NCBI GenBank assembly: GCA_963733055.1 | Contig: CAVTBR010000003.1 | Coordinates: 1-64,000, forward strand | Direction: 5' to 3' | Length of the DNA: 64,000 nucleotides | Source: Candidatus Bathyarchaeota archaeon | GTDB lineage: Archaea; Thermoproteota; Bathyarchaeia; 40CM-2-53-6 | Part shown: in pieces, positions 38,154 through 48,628 of the stretch | Layout: every line of letters begins with the position of its first letter | Numbering within the stretch: the first letter of the stretch is position 1 | Position numbers and translations under genes: made by a program | The notes under the pieces: generated by a model | Seen by the model: only the letters and a program-made list of their open reading frames with translations | Database searches by the model: none | Told to the model about the DNA's origin: nothing

Positions 38154-40076
38154 CTACTTCAACTCGCTAACTACGGACGAACCACCTACGTTTTGCACCA
38201 CAATCACGTGGCTCTTGTCGGTCACGTTCACTTGACCGGGAGTAATCGCCACGTACTGGCCGTCGACCATGGCCGCCGCATTCGTCATAATGAGTTGTGT
38301 AACGGATTCACGGTTCTTCGGGTCCATGTGAACATCAAACTCGTCGATCGCCCTAAAGGGGGACGTTATGTGCTGCTGCATTGCGAGTAGGAACGCCATC
38401 ATCGCAATGCTCCGTTCCCCCCCGCTCTGGGTAAACGCGTCAAGGGCGGTCGGTTTGTTTCCCTTGTACCCAACCAATATCTCTAGGCCGCACTTTTCGA
38501 TATCGCGTGAGGAAATGAGTCGAATGGAGCCGGTGGCACTCACTGTGCGAAGAATCTCAGAGTACCGACCAGTCAACTCTTCCAAGAAGTTTGCTAGTAC
38601 CTCACGCCATCTTGACAACCGTTTATCGAGTTCAGAAAGAACCTCCTGTCGGCTAACTGCCACCTGATCAGCTTTGAGTTTCAAGTCTTCGTAGACCTTT
38701 GCATATGAGGAGTACATACGCTCGACGTCTTCAGACAACGCCGCCAGGGGTTTCATCTGTTCCTCCACTGCGCCGATTTCGATCATGATGTCGAAGATTT
38801 TTCTGGGGGGTCCTGCCTGCGCTCCTACTTTCTCGGCGGAGGCAATCATTGGGTCTAATTCTTCCTTGGCTAATCGAACCTGAGCTTGTAGGTCCGCCAC
38901 ATCTTCCGTCAATAGCTTCCGCTTGAACCCGGAGACTTCGTACTCGACGTTCGTATCAATTAGGCGGGTGAGAGCGTCTTCGAGGCGGCCGCTCGCGTCA
39001 ACGATCTTCTCGCCGAGGGCGGTGGACTTTTCCTTTTCTCTTTGGAGGCGCTTCTGAGACTCCTCTGCGGTTTCTTTCCAAGAAACCTTCAGTTTATCCA
39101 GGTCTTGTAGTGCTGACGGCGGGGTTGGTTCTGGTCCCGTTTCTGGAGAGTGGAAGTGGCTGAGTAGGTTGGTCGTCCACTCTATGTTGAGTTCTTGTGT
39201 CGTGATCTGCTTGGCAAGCTCGACGCGCTGGTCTTCTAACCCCATTCGCCCGAGGTTGAGCTCGTCATATTTTGCTTGGCGTTTCTTCTTAGAATCTGCC
39301 AGCTCCTGAATCTTGTTGTCGATGGACTGCAGAGCTCTTGTTTTCGAATCTATCCTCTCTTCAATATGTGCCAGAGAGTCTTTCTTCTTCTGTATTCTAC
39401 CCCAGAGCAACTCTTGCTTCAGCGCATTCAGCCTAGTCTCAAGCTGCCGCTTCTGCAGGTAGCGGTCGTATTCACGTTTCCAAAAGTCGTGTGTCTCTTT
39501 CGTCGATTCTAGGACTTGTACGAGTGATTGTTCTTCGCTCATTACATTTTCCAAGCGCTTTCTGGCGTCCTTTACCTCTTCGCGGTATGTTTGGAATCCC
39601 ACTGCTTCCTCTAGCATCTTCAATTTGTCTTGGGGGCTTACCGCGGCGAATCGGCCGACCATGAACTGGTGCATGATGACTAGGATGTTGTCTGGGTTTA
39701 GGCCTCTAGATTGGAGGACGTCGGTGACTGCGGATTTGGGTACGGGTTTGTTTTGGAGGAGGTAGTAGTAGGTGCCATTGGCTTTGATTACTCTAGTAAC
39801 CGTAACGAGATCTGTGTGGTAGTTTGGGAAAGGTCTCTTCTCGCCACTGTTGTCGAGAATTAAGGTGACTCTGGCTTCATCTGTTCCCCACTTTATGAGG
39901 TCGCTTAGTCGTTTCGACCTTTCCGTATATGCTTGTCCTAAGACTACTGAGATGGCGAGTAAGATGGATGATTTGCCGGCGCCGTTCGGTCCACAAATTA
40001 AGTTGAGTCCCGGTTCTAGTGGGACATAGGAATTTTCGTAGGACATGAAATTTGTTAGGACGACGCCTTTTATCAT
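38154..40076 (-). CDS. short SMC-family ATPase (coalescin/Smc5-6-like)
   Basis: NFMSY, GPNGAGKSS, coiled coil, QSGGERS and PFRAIDEFDVHMD; 640 aa. Confidence 0.9.
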   Translation of the reverse strand: MIKGVVLTNFMSYENSYVPLEPGLNLICGPNGAGKSSILLAISVVLGQAYTERSKRLSDLIKWGTDEARVTLILDNSGEKRPFPNYHTDLVTVTRVIKANGTYYYLLQNKPVPKSAVTDVLQSRGLNPDNILVIMHQFMVGRFAAVSPQDKLKMLEEAVGFQTYREEVKDARKRLENVMSEEQSLVQVLESTKETHDFWKREYDRYLQKRQLETRLNALKQELLWGRIQKKKDSLAHIEERIDSKTRALQSIDNKIQELADSKKKRQAKYDELNLGRMGLEDQRVELAKQITTQELNIEWTTNLLSHFHSPETGPEPTPPSALQDLDKLKVSWKETAEESQKRLQREKEKSTALGEKIVDASGRLEDALTRLIDTNVEYEVSGFKRKLLTEDVADLQAQVRLAKEELDPMIASAEKVGAQAGPPRKIFDIMIEIGAVEEQMKPLAALSEDVERMYSSYAKVYEDLKLKADQVAVSRQEVLSELDKRLSRWREVLANFLEELTGRYSEILRTVSATGSIRLISSRDIEKCGLEILVGYKGNKPTALDAFTQSGGERSIAMMAFLLAMQQHITSPFRAIDEFDVHMDPKNRESVTQLIMTNAAAMVDGQYVAITPGQVNVTDKSHVIVVQNVGGSSVVSELK

Positions 40077-40371
40077 CGGATCTTAGCTACCGTTTGAAGT
40101 CTACGTCCCTTCGCCTCGTAAAAAACGTTCAGGGTTTCATGGTTCCGAAATTCATTTCTGGAATTGTCCGACCATTGGATGAGTCGATTGACATCTTCTT
40201 CGCCTTTCGTTGCTTGATCATTCGTGCTCGGTTCTGGCGGCGTTTTTCAAGAAAATTATGACAAGTGTCATGTCAACACTCGTTGCAAGAATTCTAGGCG
40301 AGGTTGAAGGTATGTACGTTTAAATATGCTGCGGGCTTGTCGGGGTCCACGGCGGGAGTGACGAAGGCAGT

Positions 40372-40602
40372 TTGCGGAGGCTCGGCAAAATTCTTCACTT
40401 ATCGAATAGCCGCAGCCTCATAGTAAAATGCGAGGAACCCGTCTTCGTGAAACTTGGAACCCGAACCTGCGATAGTAAACTTAAGGAAATTGGGAAAGTG
40501 CAAGACCTCTTCGGACCAGTGTCTGCTCCATACGTCTCCATCAGGCCCGCAAGTCCTTCGCCAGCAAAATTCGTCCACCGGATCGTTTACTCCCTCGATT
40601 AG
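40372..40602 (+). CDS. gar1: H/ACA RNP protein Gar1
   Basis: IGKVQDLFGPVSAPY; upstream of tfb, a conserved synteny. Confidence 0.88.
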   Translation: MRRLGKILHLSNSRSLIVKCEEPVFVKLGTRTCDSKLKEIGKVQDLFGPVSAPYVSIRPASPSPAKFVHRIVYSLD

Positions 40603-40625
40603 TTCAGTTTAGAGTAGATGAGATA

Positions 40626-41582
40626 GTGTCGGAAGAACCCGATGGTGAATTAGGGGAATCGCTGCAAGCCGCTCCCAAGATCACGGTTTGCCCAGAATGC
40701 GGCGGGCCAAAACTTATGCGCGACTACGAGGCCGCAGAAATTGTCTGCATGGCATGTGGTTGCGTGATCGACGAGAAACTGGCCGACACAAGACCCGAAT
40801 GGCGAGCCTTCGACGACGATCAAAAGAAAAGCCGAACTCGCGTTGGCGCTCCGATCACTTACACGATCCACGACAAAGGTCTCTCGACTATTATCGACTG
40901 GCGTGACAGGCGCGCTCTCGGAAAACGCGCCACGGCAACTCAAAGACTCGATCTGTACAAGTTGCGTAAGTGGCAGAGCAGAGTTCGAGTCTCTGACGCC
41001 ACGGAGCGAAACCTTGCGGTCGCGTTGGCCGAGCTAAGTAAACTCGCTTCTGCCCTTAACGTTCCCAAGAATATCCTTGAAACCGCTTCTGTGATTTATC
41101 GCCGCGCCATTAAGAAACGCCTCATTCGTGGGAGATCGATTCACAATGTCACGGCTGCTGCGATCTACATGAGTTGCAGACAGTGCGGCGTGCCAAGAAC
41201 CCTTGATGAAATAGCGTCCTCGTCGAGTCTCAATAAGAAGGATATAGGCCGAAGTTACCGATTCATGGTCAGAGAGCTGGAAGCGTTTGTGCCTCCTTCG
41301 ACCAGTAGGAATTACGCTGCACGGTTCAGTAACAAACTTGTCATCTCTGGAAAAGCTGAGGCTATAGCTATCAAGATTCTAGAGATCGCGAAAGAGATGA
41401 AGCTAACAAGCGGCAGAGGCCCAACAGGGATCGCCGCCGCAGCGACTTACATCGCAACCGTTCTGACGAATGAGAGGAAGACTCAACGAGAGATAGCGGA
41501 GATAGCTAACGTTACTGAGGTCACTATTAGAAATAGGTACAAGGAACTGCTAGAGCGCCTCTTTATCGAAGTGCCCCTCTAG
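40626..41582 (+). CDS. tfb: transcription initiation factor IIB
   Basis: CPECG zinc ribbon, PEWRAF, HDKGLST, ERNL and TEVTIRNRYKE. Confidence 0.97.
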   Translation: MSEEPDGELGESLQAAPKITVCPECGGPKLMRDYEAAEIVCMACGCVIDEKLADTRPEWRAFDDDQKKSRTRVGAPITYTIHDKGLSTIIDWRDRRALGKRATATQRLDLYKLRKWQSRVRVSDATERNLAVALAELSKLASALNVPKNILETASVIYRRAIKKRLIRGRSIHNVTAAAIYMSCRQCGVPRTLDEIASSSSLNKKDIGRSYRFMVRELEAFVPPSTSRNYAARFSNKLVISGKAEAIAIKILEIAKEMKLTSGRGPTGIAAAATYIATVLTNERKTQREIAEIANVTEVTIRNRYKELLERLFIEVPL

Positions 41583-41594
41583 AGAGTTCGTAGA

Positions 41595-44500
41595 TCAAGC
41601 ATGCTTCTTTCGGCCTAGTTTAGAAGTCTCACATAATCCGAATTCGAAGTTTAATCCGTCGATCTGCCATCTCTTGGTATAGTAGGGCTGGCTTACCTTC
41701 ACCTCGCCTGCAGTTATCTTGAGTTGTTTCGCTCGGACTTCCCCTGCGATGTAGCTCCTCTTCGTTTTGAGTAGACTCGCCTCTTTCTTTGAGGGCGCGA
41801 CCACGTAGGCGTGGACGAAGGAATCCACCTTCAGGTCCATCTCCTTTCGCATCTGTTGCATTCTACGAACGGCGTCTCTAGCCAATCCCTCAGCCAATTC
41901 ACTCTTTGTAAGTTTGAGGTCCACTAGAACCGTACCTTCTGGGAAGTCTGCCTTCGCGAAGCGTTCTGAATCGGAGAATCCTGATACTGCGTCTTTCGAA
42001 ACTGGTTTGAGACGTCTGGTGTTGGCCTGATCACGCAATAACACCGCATACGTTTTCAGCGCCTTCTTGAGGGCCTTGGATTCACTGGTTACCAAGACCT
42101 GTGGTACGGGTTGTCTCTGCTTCAAGCCCTTGCTCATTCTAGCTAGGGCAACTGTTGAGATAACGCTCTGGGCTGCTTTCATTTCCTCCTCCAGGGAGTC
42201 AACTATCCACTTTGAGTCGAACTCAGGCCATTTGAGAAGATGCACGGTTTCAGGGTTCCTTGGCTCCGCGTTCCGAAACATGTGTTGGTAGATTGATTCT
42301 GTGAGGAAGGGGGTGATTGGGGCAAGCATGATGAGGGCGGCTTCGAGGGCTGAATAAAGCGTCGCGTAGGCGATTTGTTTGTCTCGTGTTCGCTTCTCTA
42401 CCCAAGTACGGCGTCTGACGTATCGTATGTAGGTGTGGCTTAGGTCCTCGACGAGAAATGCTTTGAGTTTACGTAGTGCCTCGTGAATCTTGTACTCATC
42501 CATTAGAGACGTTACTTCTTTGATCGTCCGGTGTGTCCTGCTGAGAAGCCAGCGATCCTCCGGCCGCAGGCTCTTCCCCATGCGCTTCAAAGAGAGGCCT
42601 GAGGGCGCAAATTTGTCCAAACTCATGTAGGTGCTTGCGAAGACGAACGTGTTCCATATCGTGCTAAGGTCGCCTTGGTGTTGTCGGACCGCGTCCCATG
42701 AGAACTGTAGGTCTTCCCAAAGCGTTGTCTGTAGTACGTAATATCGGAATGCGTCTCGCCCGAATTTCTCAACCACTTCTTGGGCCGAGACGAAATTCCC
42801 TAGCGACTTGTGCATCTCACGGCCTTCGGCGTCGAGTGCGAAGCCGTGCATGAGAACGGTCTTGTAGGGGCAACGGCCCATCGTAACGATCCCATGGCGC
42901 AATAGTCCAAAGAACCACGCGGTTATCTGATCGCGTCCCTCAACTATGAAGTCCGCGGGCCACCAGAATTTGGTTTCCTGCACGTTCGCGGGATGGCCCA
43001 AGCATGCTAGCGATGCCCCGCCCGATTCGAACCATACGTCAATGACATCCTGTACACGAGCCATCTCCCCGCCACAATCGCAGCGTAACCTGACTGCGTC
43101 GACCCAAGGTCTGTGTAAAGTCGGTAAATCGACTTTGGAAACTGCGTTGTCCAGAAGTTCCTGTTTTGAACCTATGATCTTGTCCTTTCCGCACGATGTG
43201 CAGCTCCATACTGGGAGTGGGGTGCCCCAGAACCGCTGTCGAGAGATCACCCAGTCCTTTAGTCCTTGAAGCCAGTTCTTGAATTGATTGGCGCCGGCCC
43301 ACGCGGGAATCCAGAGCGTGGAATCGACTTCCTTGATGAACAGATCTTTGAGTTGTGCGATATGGATGAGCCACTGTTTTGTGGCGCGAATTATTAGTGG
43401 GGTTTTGCAGCGCCAGCAGACGGGGCTGCGGTGTTCAATTTCTCCGGCATATAGTAACACTCCAAGGGACTTCAGGTCGTCAATGATTTCGGGGTTGGCT
43501 TCTCTGACAGATTTTCCTGCGTATTTTCCGGCTTCTGGGACGAATTTGCCTTGATCGTTTACGAGCATGAGTACGGGTAAGTTGTTTCGCACGCCAACAT
43601 CGTAATCCTCTTCCCCGTGTCCGGGTGCTGAATGAACACATCCGGTTCCTTCTGTCAAGGTGACGTATTCTTTGCTGAGCACGACGCGGTGACCGTTCTG
43701 TAGGCTGACCTGGGCAGGTACAAGGGTCTCCAGTGGACCTCTGTACGTGAGGCCTTCAAGTTTGCTTCCTGGGAAGGTGTCCAAGACTTCGAAAGACCGG
43801 CCGGTTTCATTCTGAACCGCTTCTACTCGTTCCTTTGCGAATATGTACGTCTCGCCATTAGACCTGACACGAGCATATTGGAAGTCTGGATTAACCATGA
43901 CCGCGACGTTCGACGGTAAGGTCCATGGAGTGGTGGTCCAGATCAGGATGTATTCGTTTGGCTTGTCTACGACCGGGAATTTTACGTATATTGACGGATC
44001 GCGGAGCATCTTGTATTCCAAGACGACTTCGTAATCAGAGAGTACAGTTTCGCATCGGGGGCACCAGTGTACAACCCTCTGCCCATGTTCAAACAGTCCC
44101 TTCGACCACGCCTGTTTGAGCCCCCACCAGTCGCATTCAATGTAATAGTCCAGGTGAGTCATGTAGGGCTGGTTCCAATCCATCCATATTCCTAACTCCT
44201 GGAACGCCTTAGTCATCGCCGCTGCGTTCGTTTCAGCGAATCTTCTGCATTCTGAGATGAATCGTTCTAAGCCGAAGCTCTCGATCTCTTTCTTGGATTT
44301 AACACCAAACTTCTGTTCGATGGCTAATTCGATGGGAAGCCCGTGGCAATCATAGCCGGGTTGGTCCCGAACGTTGAATCCGCGTGAACGTTTGTACCGG
44401 ATCACAGTATCCTTGAGAACCTTGTTCCACGAGGTGCCTATGTGTGGTGTGTCGGAGCTTGGAAATGGGGGTCCGTCAAGGAAGTAGAACTTCTTTCCGC

Positions 44501-44627
44501 TCGATCTAACCTTCTTTACTAATTCATAGGTACGATCGCGTTCCCAGGCTTCTTGGACCTCAGCTTCTACTGCCTTGTGATCGTATTGCTTGGTTAATTC
44601 GCCGACGTACTTGCTCTTTGCTACCAA
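41595..44627 (-). CDS. ileS: isoleucyl-tRNA synthetase
   Basis: DGPP, HIGT, DCHGLP, WTTTPWTLP, GTGCVHSAPGHG, ISRQRFWG and EMHKS. Confidence 0.96.
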   Translation of the reverse strand: MVAKSKYVGELTKQYDHKAVEAEVQEAWERDRTYELVKKVRSSGKKFYFLDGPPFPSSDTPHIGTSWNKVLKDTVIRYKRSRGFNVRDQPGYDCHGLPIELAIEQKFGVKSKKEIESFGLERFISECRRFAETNAAAMTKAFQELGIWMDWNQPYMTHLDYYIECDWWGLKQAWSKGLFEHGQRVVHWCPRCETVLSDYEVVLEYKMLRDPSIYVKFPVVDKPNEYILIWTTTPWTLPSNVAVMVNPDFQYARVRSNGETYIFAKERVEAVQNETGRSFEVLDTFPGSKLEGLTYRGPLETLVPAQVSLQNGHRVVLSKEYVTLTEGTGCVHSAPGHGEEDYDVGVRNNLPVLMLVNDQGKFVPEAGKYAGKSVREANPEIIDDLKSLGVLLYAGEIEHRSPVCWRCKTPLIIRATKQWLIHIAQLKDLFIKEVDSTLWIPAWAGANQFKNWLQGLKDWVISRQRFWGTPLPVWSCTSCGKDKIIGSKQELLDNAVSKVDLPTLHRPWVDAVRLRCDCGGEMARVQDVIDVWFESGGASLACLGHPANVQETKFWWPADFIVEGRDQITAWFFGLLRHGIVTMGRCPYKTVLMHGFALDAEGREMHKSLGNFVSAQEVVEKFGRDAFRYYVLQTTLWEDLQFSWDAVRQHQGDLSTIWNTFVFASTYMSLDKFAPSGLSLKRMGKSLRPEDRWLLSRTHRTIKEVTSLMDEYKIHEALRKLKAFLVEDLSHTYIRYVRRRTWVEKRTRDKQIAYATLYSALEAALIMLAPITPFLTESIYQHMFRNAEPRNPETVHLLKWPEFDSKWIVDSLEEEMKAAQSVISTVALARMSKGLKQRQPVPQVLVTSESKALKKALKTYAVLLRDQANTRRLKPVSKDAVSGFSDSERFAKADFPEGTVLVDLKLTKSELAEGLARDAVRRMQQMRKEMDLKVDSFVHAYVVAPSKKEASLLKTKRSYIAGEVRAKQLKITAGEVKVSQPYYTKRWQIDGLNFEFGLCETSKLGRKKHA

Positions 44628-44836
44628 GTCTGATTAACCGCCAGAAATTTCACTGAATGGTTTGATGAAAAGCCAGGAAGTGATTCGGAGCAGGATATTT
44701 CCTGTTTACGAGAGCTACGGTGCGATTTCCTGGTCACCTTTCACAGACGACACCATTCGCTTCCACTCCGGTCTACAACTTATTTTAATTTAGCGTCTCT
44801 GTTGCAAACCTTCGTTGCTGATTGTCGCGCTGCGGT

Positions 44837-45190
44837 TCAGGATTTGCGTATATGATTAGGGATCGGGCCTGACAGTTTCAAACTAAGTTGGACAAATCCG
44901 CGATATTTCTTCTTACTGTACCAGGGTGCTTGGAGTACGATTAGTCGGCCGCGTCCTTTCGTAACCGTGTACACGTTGTTCTGACGTTTTTTCATTAATC
45001 GTTTCAACTTGGTTCGAGCGGGTTCTGGATGGCAGGTCATCATGTTTGTACCAATTAGTTTCTTTCCTCCATCGGCAAGATGAGATTCGACAGCCTTCTT
45101 GTTTAATTCCAGTATAACGCCTGCTGAATCGCAGACCGTGATCGAGCCTGGAAACTCCTCAACCCAACTATGATTCTTAATGCGAGCCAA
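44837..45190 (-). CDS. stand-alone PAS-domain protein
   Basis: ITVCDSAGVILELN...LIGTNMMTCHP. Confidence 0.75.
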   Translation of the reverse strand: MARIKNHSWVEEFPGSITVCDSAGVILELNKKAVESHLADGGKKLIGTNMMTCHPEPARTKLKRLMKKRQNNVYTVTKGRGRLIVLQAPWYSKKKYRGFVQLSLKLSGPIPNHIRKS

Positions 45191-45316
45191 GACTGACCTG
45201 CCTAATTCGCGGGTCTTGCCAGATAAGAGAGTTGTTGCTAGTTTTCGGAAAAATGTATGCGGGTCTTGGGGGTGGCTGAAGCGTAGGATTTCAAATCTGC
45301 TATCGGCTTGCTCGCG

Positions 45317-47029
45317 TTAGTAAGTGCGTTCCTTCGGTTGGTAACGCGTGATTGTCACGGGGGAGTAGTCGAGCCGGGGACCGTCAGGCGTCATGTATGC
45401 GAGTGTGTGCTTCAGCCAATGTGCGTCGTCTCGTTTTGGATAGTCTAAGCGGAAGTGGGCGCCACGCGACTCGGTTCGCGCGTACGCACCAAGCAATACA
45501 ACTTCGGCCACGTCGAGCATGGACTGGAGTTCCATGACATTTACGAAGTTCATGTTGTATTCTGGGGCTTTGTCTTCAACATGCTGATACGCACGTTGCT
45601 TTAGAGCCCGTATCTTTTTCAGGGCTTCTCCCAACCCTTGGCTGGTTCGAAACACGTTAGCGTGCTCGTCCATGGTTGCCTGGAGTTCCTGCTTCACGTC
45701 GTAGGGATTCTCTCTACCTTCCCCGCGAAATATGCCGTCGTAGATTCGCTTCTCTTCTAAAGCAACGGTCTGTTGCGGGAAATCCGCTGATTGGTGTTGC
45801 GTTGCGTATTCCGCCACGGCGTGCCCCGTCAGCTTTCCCCAAACTAGGCAGGTAGCCGTCGAGTTCGTTCCCAACCGGTTAGCGCCATTAACGGTAATAC
45901 ATGCCGCCTCTCCGGCGGCCCACAAACCTTTGACTGGAGTGGCACCGTCAATGTTGGCATGAACTCCGCCCATGGTAAAGTGGCACACATACCGGACTGG
46001 AATCAATCCTTCGATCGGATCGACTCCTCGCAACTTAATGCAGATCTCGCGGATATCCGACAATCGCTCTTTGATCTTTTCTGCGCCTAGATGACGGATG
46101 TCAAGATGCACGTATTCCAGGCCGCTTTCGTCTCGGAAGCCTCGGCCTTCTTGGATCTCACGTGCAATGGCACGTGCAACGATGTCCCGCGGACCGAGTT
46201 CGAGTTTTTCTGGTGCATACTTTTTCATGAACCTCTCGCCGTCCTTGTTGACGAGTATTCCGCCGTCGCCTCGTGCGCCTTCCGTGATTAGTACGCCTGA
46301 GGGCACGAGCCCCGTCGGGTGGAATTGCACGAACTCCATGTTCTTCAGAGGGATACCTGCGCGGTACGCCATTGCGAGGCCGTCCGGTGTGGAGGTGTGG
46401 GAGTACGTTGCGAAAGCGTACAGTCGACCTGCCCCGCCGGTGGCTATGACGCCCGCCTTTGCTTGGAATGCGTGGAAGTTGCCTGTACGGAGTTCAATGG
46501 CTGTGGCTCCATGGAATCCTTCCTTGTCAACGAGCAGGCCGGTCACGAACCATTCATGGTAAAACTCGATGTTGGAGTAGCTGAGGCATGTGTCGTAGAG
46601 GGTTTGCATCTCATAGAATCCCACTCGATCACTGGCGAAGGTCGCCCTGGGATAACTGTGTCCGCCGAACGCTCGTTGCGCGATGCGTCCGTCACCTTCG
46701 CGACTCCAGGGCATACCCAAATGTTCTAGCTGGTAGATCTCTTGGGGGGCGATGGAGGCTAGCCGCTCGACGGCGTCTTGGTCTGCGAGGTAATCGCTGC
46801 CTTTTATGGTATCAAAGATATGGCCTTCCAGAGAGTCACCCCGGTCGGAGTGAAGGACTGCGCCGGTGCCACCTTGGGCGCAGACGGAATGCGACCGCAT
46901 GGCGTGTACCTTACTGATGACCCCGACACTCAGCTTCCCATTGCTGATTCGAGTGGCTTCGATAGCCGCTCGCAGGCCAGCGATCCCCGAGCCAATAATC
47001 AAGACGTCGTGCGTGATTGTATCAGTCAC
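45317..47029 (-). CDS. sdhA: succinate dehydrogenase/fumarate reductase flavoprotein
   Basis: GSGIAG, RSHSVCAQGG, QFHPTG, TEGARGDGG and GANRLG motifs; GTG 47029 follows GGAG. Confidence 0.92.
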   Translation of the reverse strand: MTDTITHDVLIIGSGIAGLRAAIEATRISNGKLSVGVISKVHAMRSHSVCAQGGTGAVLHSDRGDSLEGHIFDTIKGSDYLADQDAVERLASIAPQEIYQLEHLGMPWSREGDGRIAQRAFGGHSYPRATFASDRVGFYEMQTLYDTCLSYSNIEFYHEWFVTGLLVDKEGFHGATAIELRTGNFHAFQAKAGVIATGGAGRLYAFATYSHTSTPDGLAMAYRAGIPLKNMEFVQFHPTGLVPSGVLITEGARGDGGILVNKDGERFMKKYAPEKLELGPRDIVARAIAREIQEGRGFRDESGLEYVHLDIRHLGAEKIKERLSDIREICIKLRGVDPIEGLIPVRYVCHFTMGGVHANIDGATPVKGLWAAGEAACITVNGANRLGTNSTATCLVWGKLTGHAVAEYATQHQSADFPQQTVALEEKRIYDGIFRGEGRENPYDVKQELQATMDEHANVFRTSQGLGEALKKIRALKQRAYQHVEDKAPEYNMNFVNVMELQSMLDVAEVVLLGAYARTESRGAHFRLDYPKRDDAHWLKHTLAYMTPDGPRLDYSPVTITRYQPKERTY

Positions 47030-47240
47030 GGCCGAGACTCCCTTCGACCTATGAGTATTTGCGCATAACGGACTCTTCCATTTCTCAGAAGACTCGCCCT
47101 CAAACCTTCCCCAACCAATCCGGTCAGGCAGAAGGAGGAACAATCACAATCTTACGCGCCAATAATTGTGAACGATATTCATCCCTCAATCATATAACCC
47201 TCTTTGGCTAGTCCGGCCCACAGTTACTGGAGGGTCTGTT

Positions 47241-48605
47241 TTGATGTCTACTCAGGAATTAAGCTACGAAGAAGCTCCACGAATAGTTGTAACGCCACCC
47301 GGACCTAAATCTAAACAACTTCTCGCGAAACAAACGCAGCTAGAAACTCGCGCAGTGACCTATAGCAAAGCTTTCCCATTCGCGATAGATTTGGCTCGAG
47401 GTGCAACAATCAAAGACGTGGACGGAAACATATTCATTGACTGGATGGGCGGTATTTGTGTTCTCAACGTGGGGCACAATAACCCGTTCGTGACGACCGC
47501 TGTCAAATCTCAAATGGAAAGGATTTGGCATGCGCTTGAGATCCCGACTGAGATCCGTATGCAATTCCTTGAAAAGATTCACGCCGTTTTGCCAGGGAAC
47601 CTACGAGGACACGCGAAGACTCTCTTGACGGTTACGGGAGGCGACGCTTGTGAGACCGCGATCAGCCTTGCAAAACAGGTGACGGGGAGAAGTACTATCG
47701 TCGCTTTCGGAGGATCATACCACGGAGTACACCAGGGGATTGTGAGTCTAACCGCCAGCCGATCATATTTGCGGAGTTCGGGAACAGTAAGGCACGGAGT
47801 GTTCCACCTCCCCTTCCCATACCCCTACCGATTCCCATTCCCTGTAGATAGCAAGGGAGGTGAGGGCAGGGTGATTCTCGCATACCTTGAGAATCTACTA
47901 TCTGACGAACACTCAGGCCTTGATCTTCCTGCCGGCATATTAGTGGAGCCAATCCAAGGCGAAGGAGGGTACATTGTTCCACCAAATGACTTCCTTCCCG
48001 GGCTGAGGAAAATCGCTGACAAATACCAAATCCCACTGATAATCGATGAAGTCCAAACCGGATTCGCACGAACCGGAAAATTCTGGGGTTGCGAAATTAC
48101 GAACACTTCACCAGACATAATGTGCATATCAAAATCCGTAGGCGCCGGACTACCACTCTCACTCGTCGCGTACCGCGAGGAATATGATCAAAAACTCCCG
48201 GACGGATTCCATCTTGGGACCTATCGCGGAAACCCACTAGCTATGGCTGCTGGGGCAGCAACCATTGATTACATCAAGCAAGAAAATCTGCTGAACAGAG
48301 CTGAGAAGCTCGGAACCACGGCTAAGTCGGAATTTGAAAGGATCGCCAAATCCAGCAAGAACGTAGGAGAAGTGAGGGGAGTGGGTTGCATGATTGGAAA
48401 CGAAATTGTGGAATCAAAGGTGAGCAAGGCACCTTCAAAGGATATCGCCGTGCGACTGCGAAAGACGATGTTCGAGAACGGATTGCTAATGCATACCTGC
48501 GGCCACTTCGGCAACGTGCTAAGGTTCATGGCCCCACTGGTCATAAGCGACAACCTAATGCAGAAAGGACTAAGCGTTTACGAGAAAGCCGTCAAGTCCA
48601 TCTGA
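47241..48605 (+). CDS. gabT: class III aminotransferase (4-aminobutyrate aminotransferase-like)
   Basis: EPIQGEGG, DEVQTGFARTG, PLP lysine in ISKS, GTYRGNP. Confidence 0.8.
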   Translation: MMSTQELSYEEAPRIVVTPPGPKSKQLLAKQTQLETRAVTYSKAFPFAIDLARGATIKDVDGNIFIDWMGGICVLNVGHNNPFVTTAVKSQMERIWHALEIPTEIRMQFLEKIHAVLPGNLRGHAKTLLTVTGGDACETAISLAKQVTGRSTIVAFGGSYHGVHQGIVSLTASRSYLRSSGTVRHGVFHLPFPYPYRFPFPVDSKGGEGRVILAYLENLLSDEHSGLDLPAGILVEPIQGEGGYIVPPNDFLPGLRKIADKYQIPLIIDEVQTGFARTGKFWGCEITNTSPDIMCISKSVGAGLPLSLVAYREEYDQKLPDGFHLGTYRGNPLAMAAGAATIDYIKQENLLNRAEKLGTTAKSEFERIAKSSKNVGEVRGVGCMIGNEIVESKVSKAPSKDIAVRLRKTMFENGLLMHTCGHFGNVLRFMAPLVISDNLMQKGLSVYEKAVKSI

Positions 48606-48628
48606 ACCATCCCTCGTATCCATAGTGA

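Noticed and set aside
41595-44627. IleRS HIGT and EMHKS instead of HIGH and KMSKS
   Set aside because: As far as I recall such variants are ordinary in TACK IleRS; the gene is otherwise intact.
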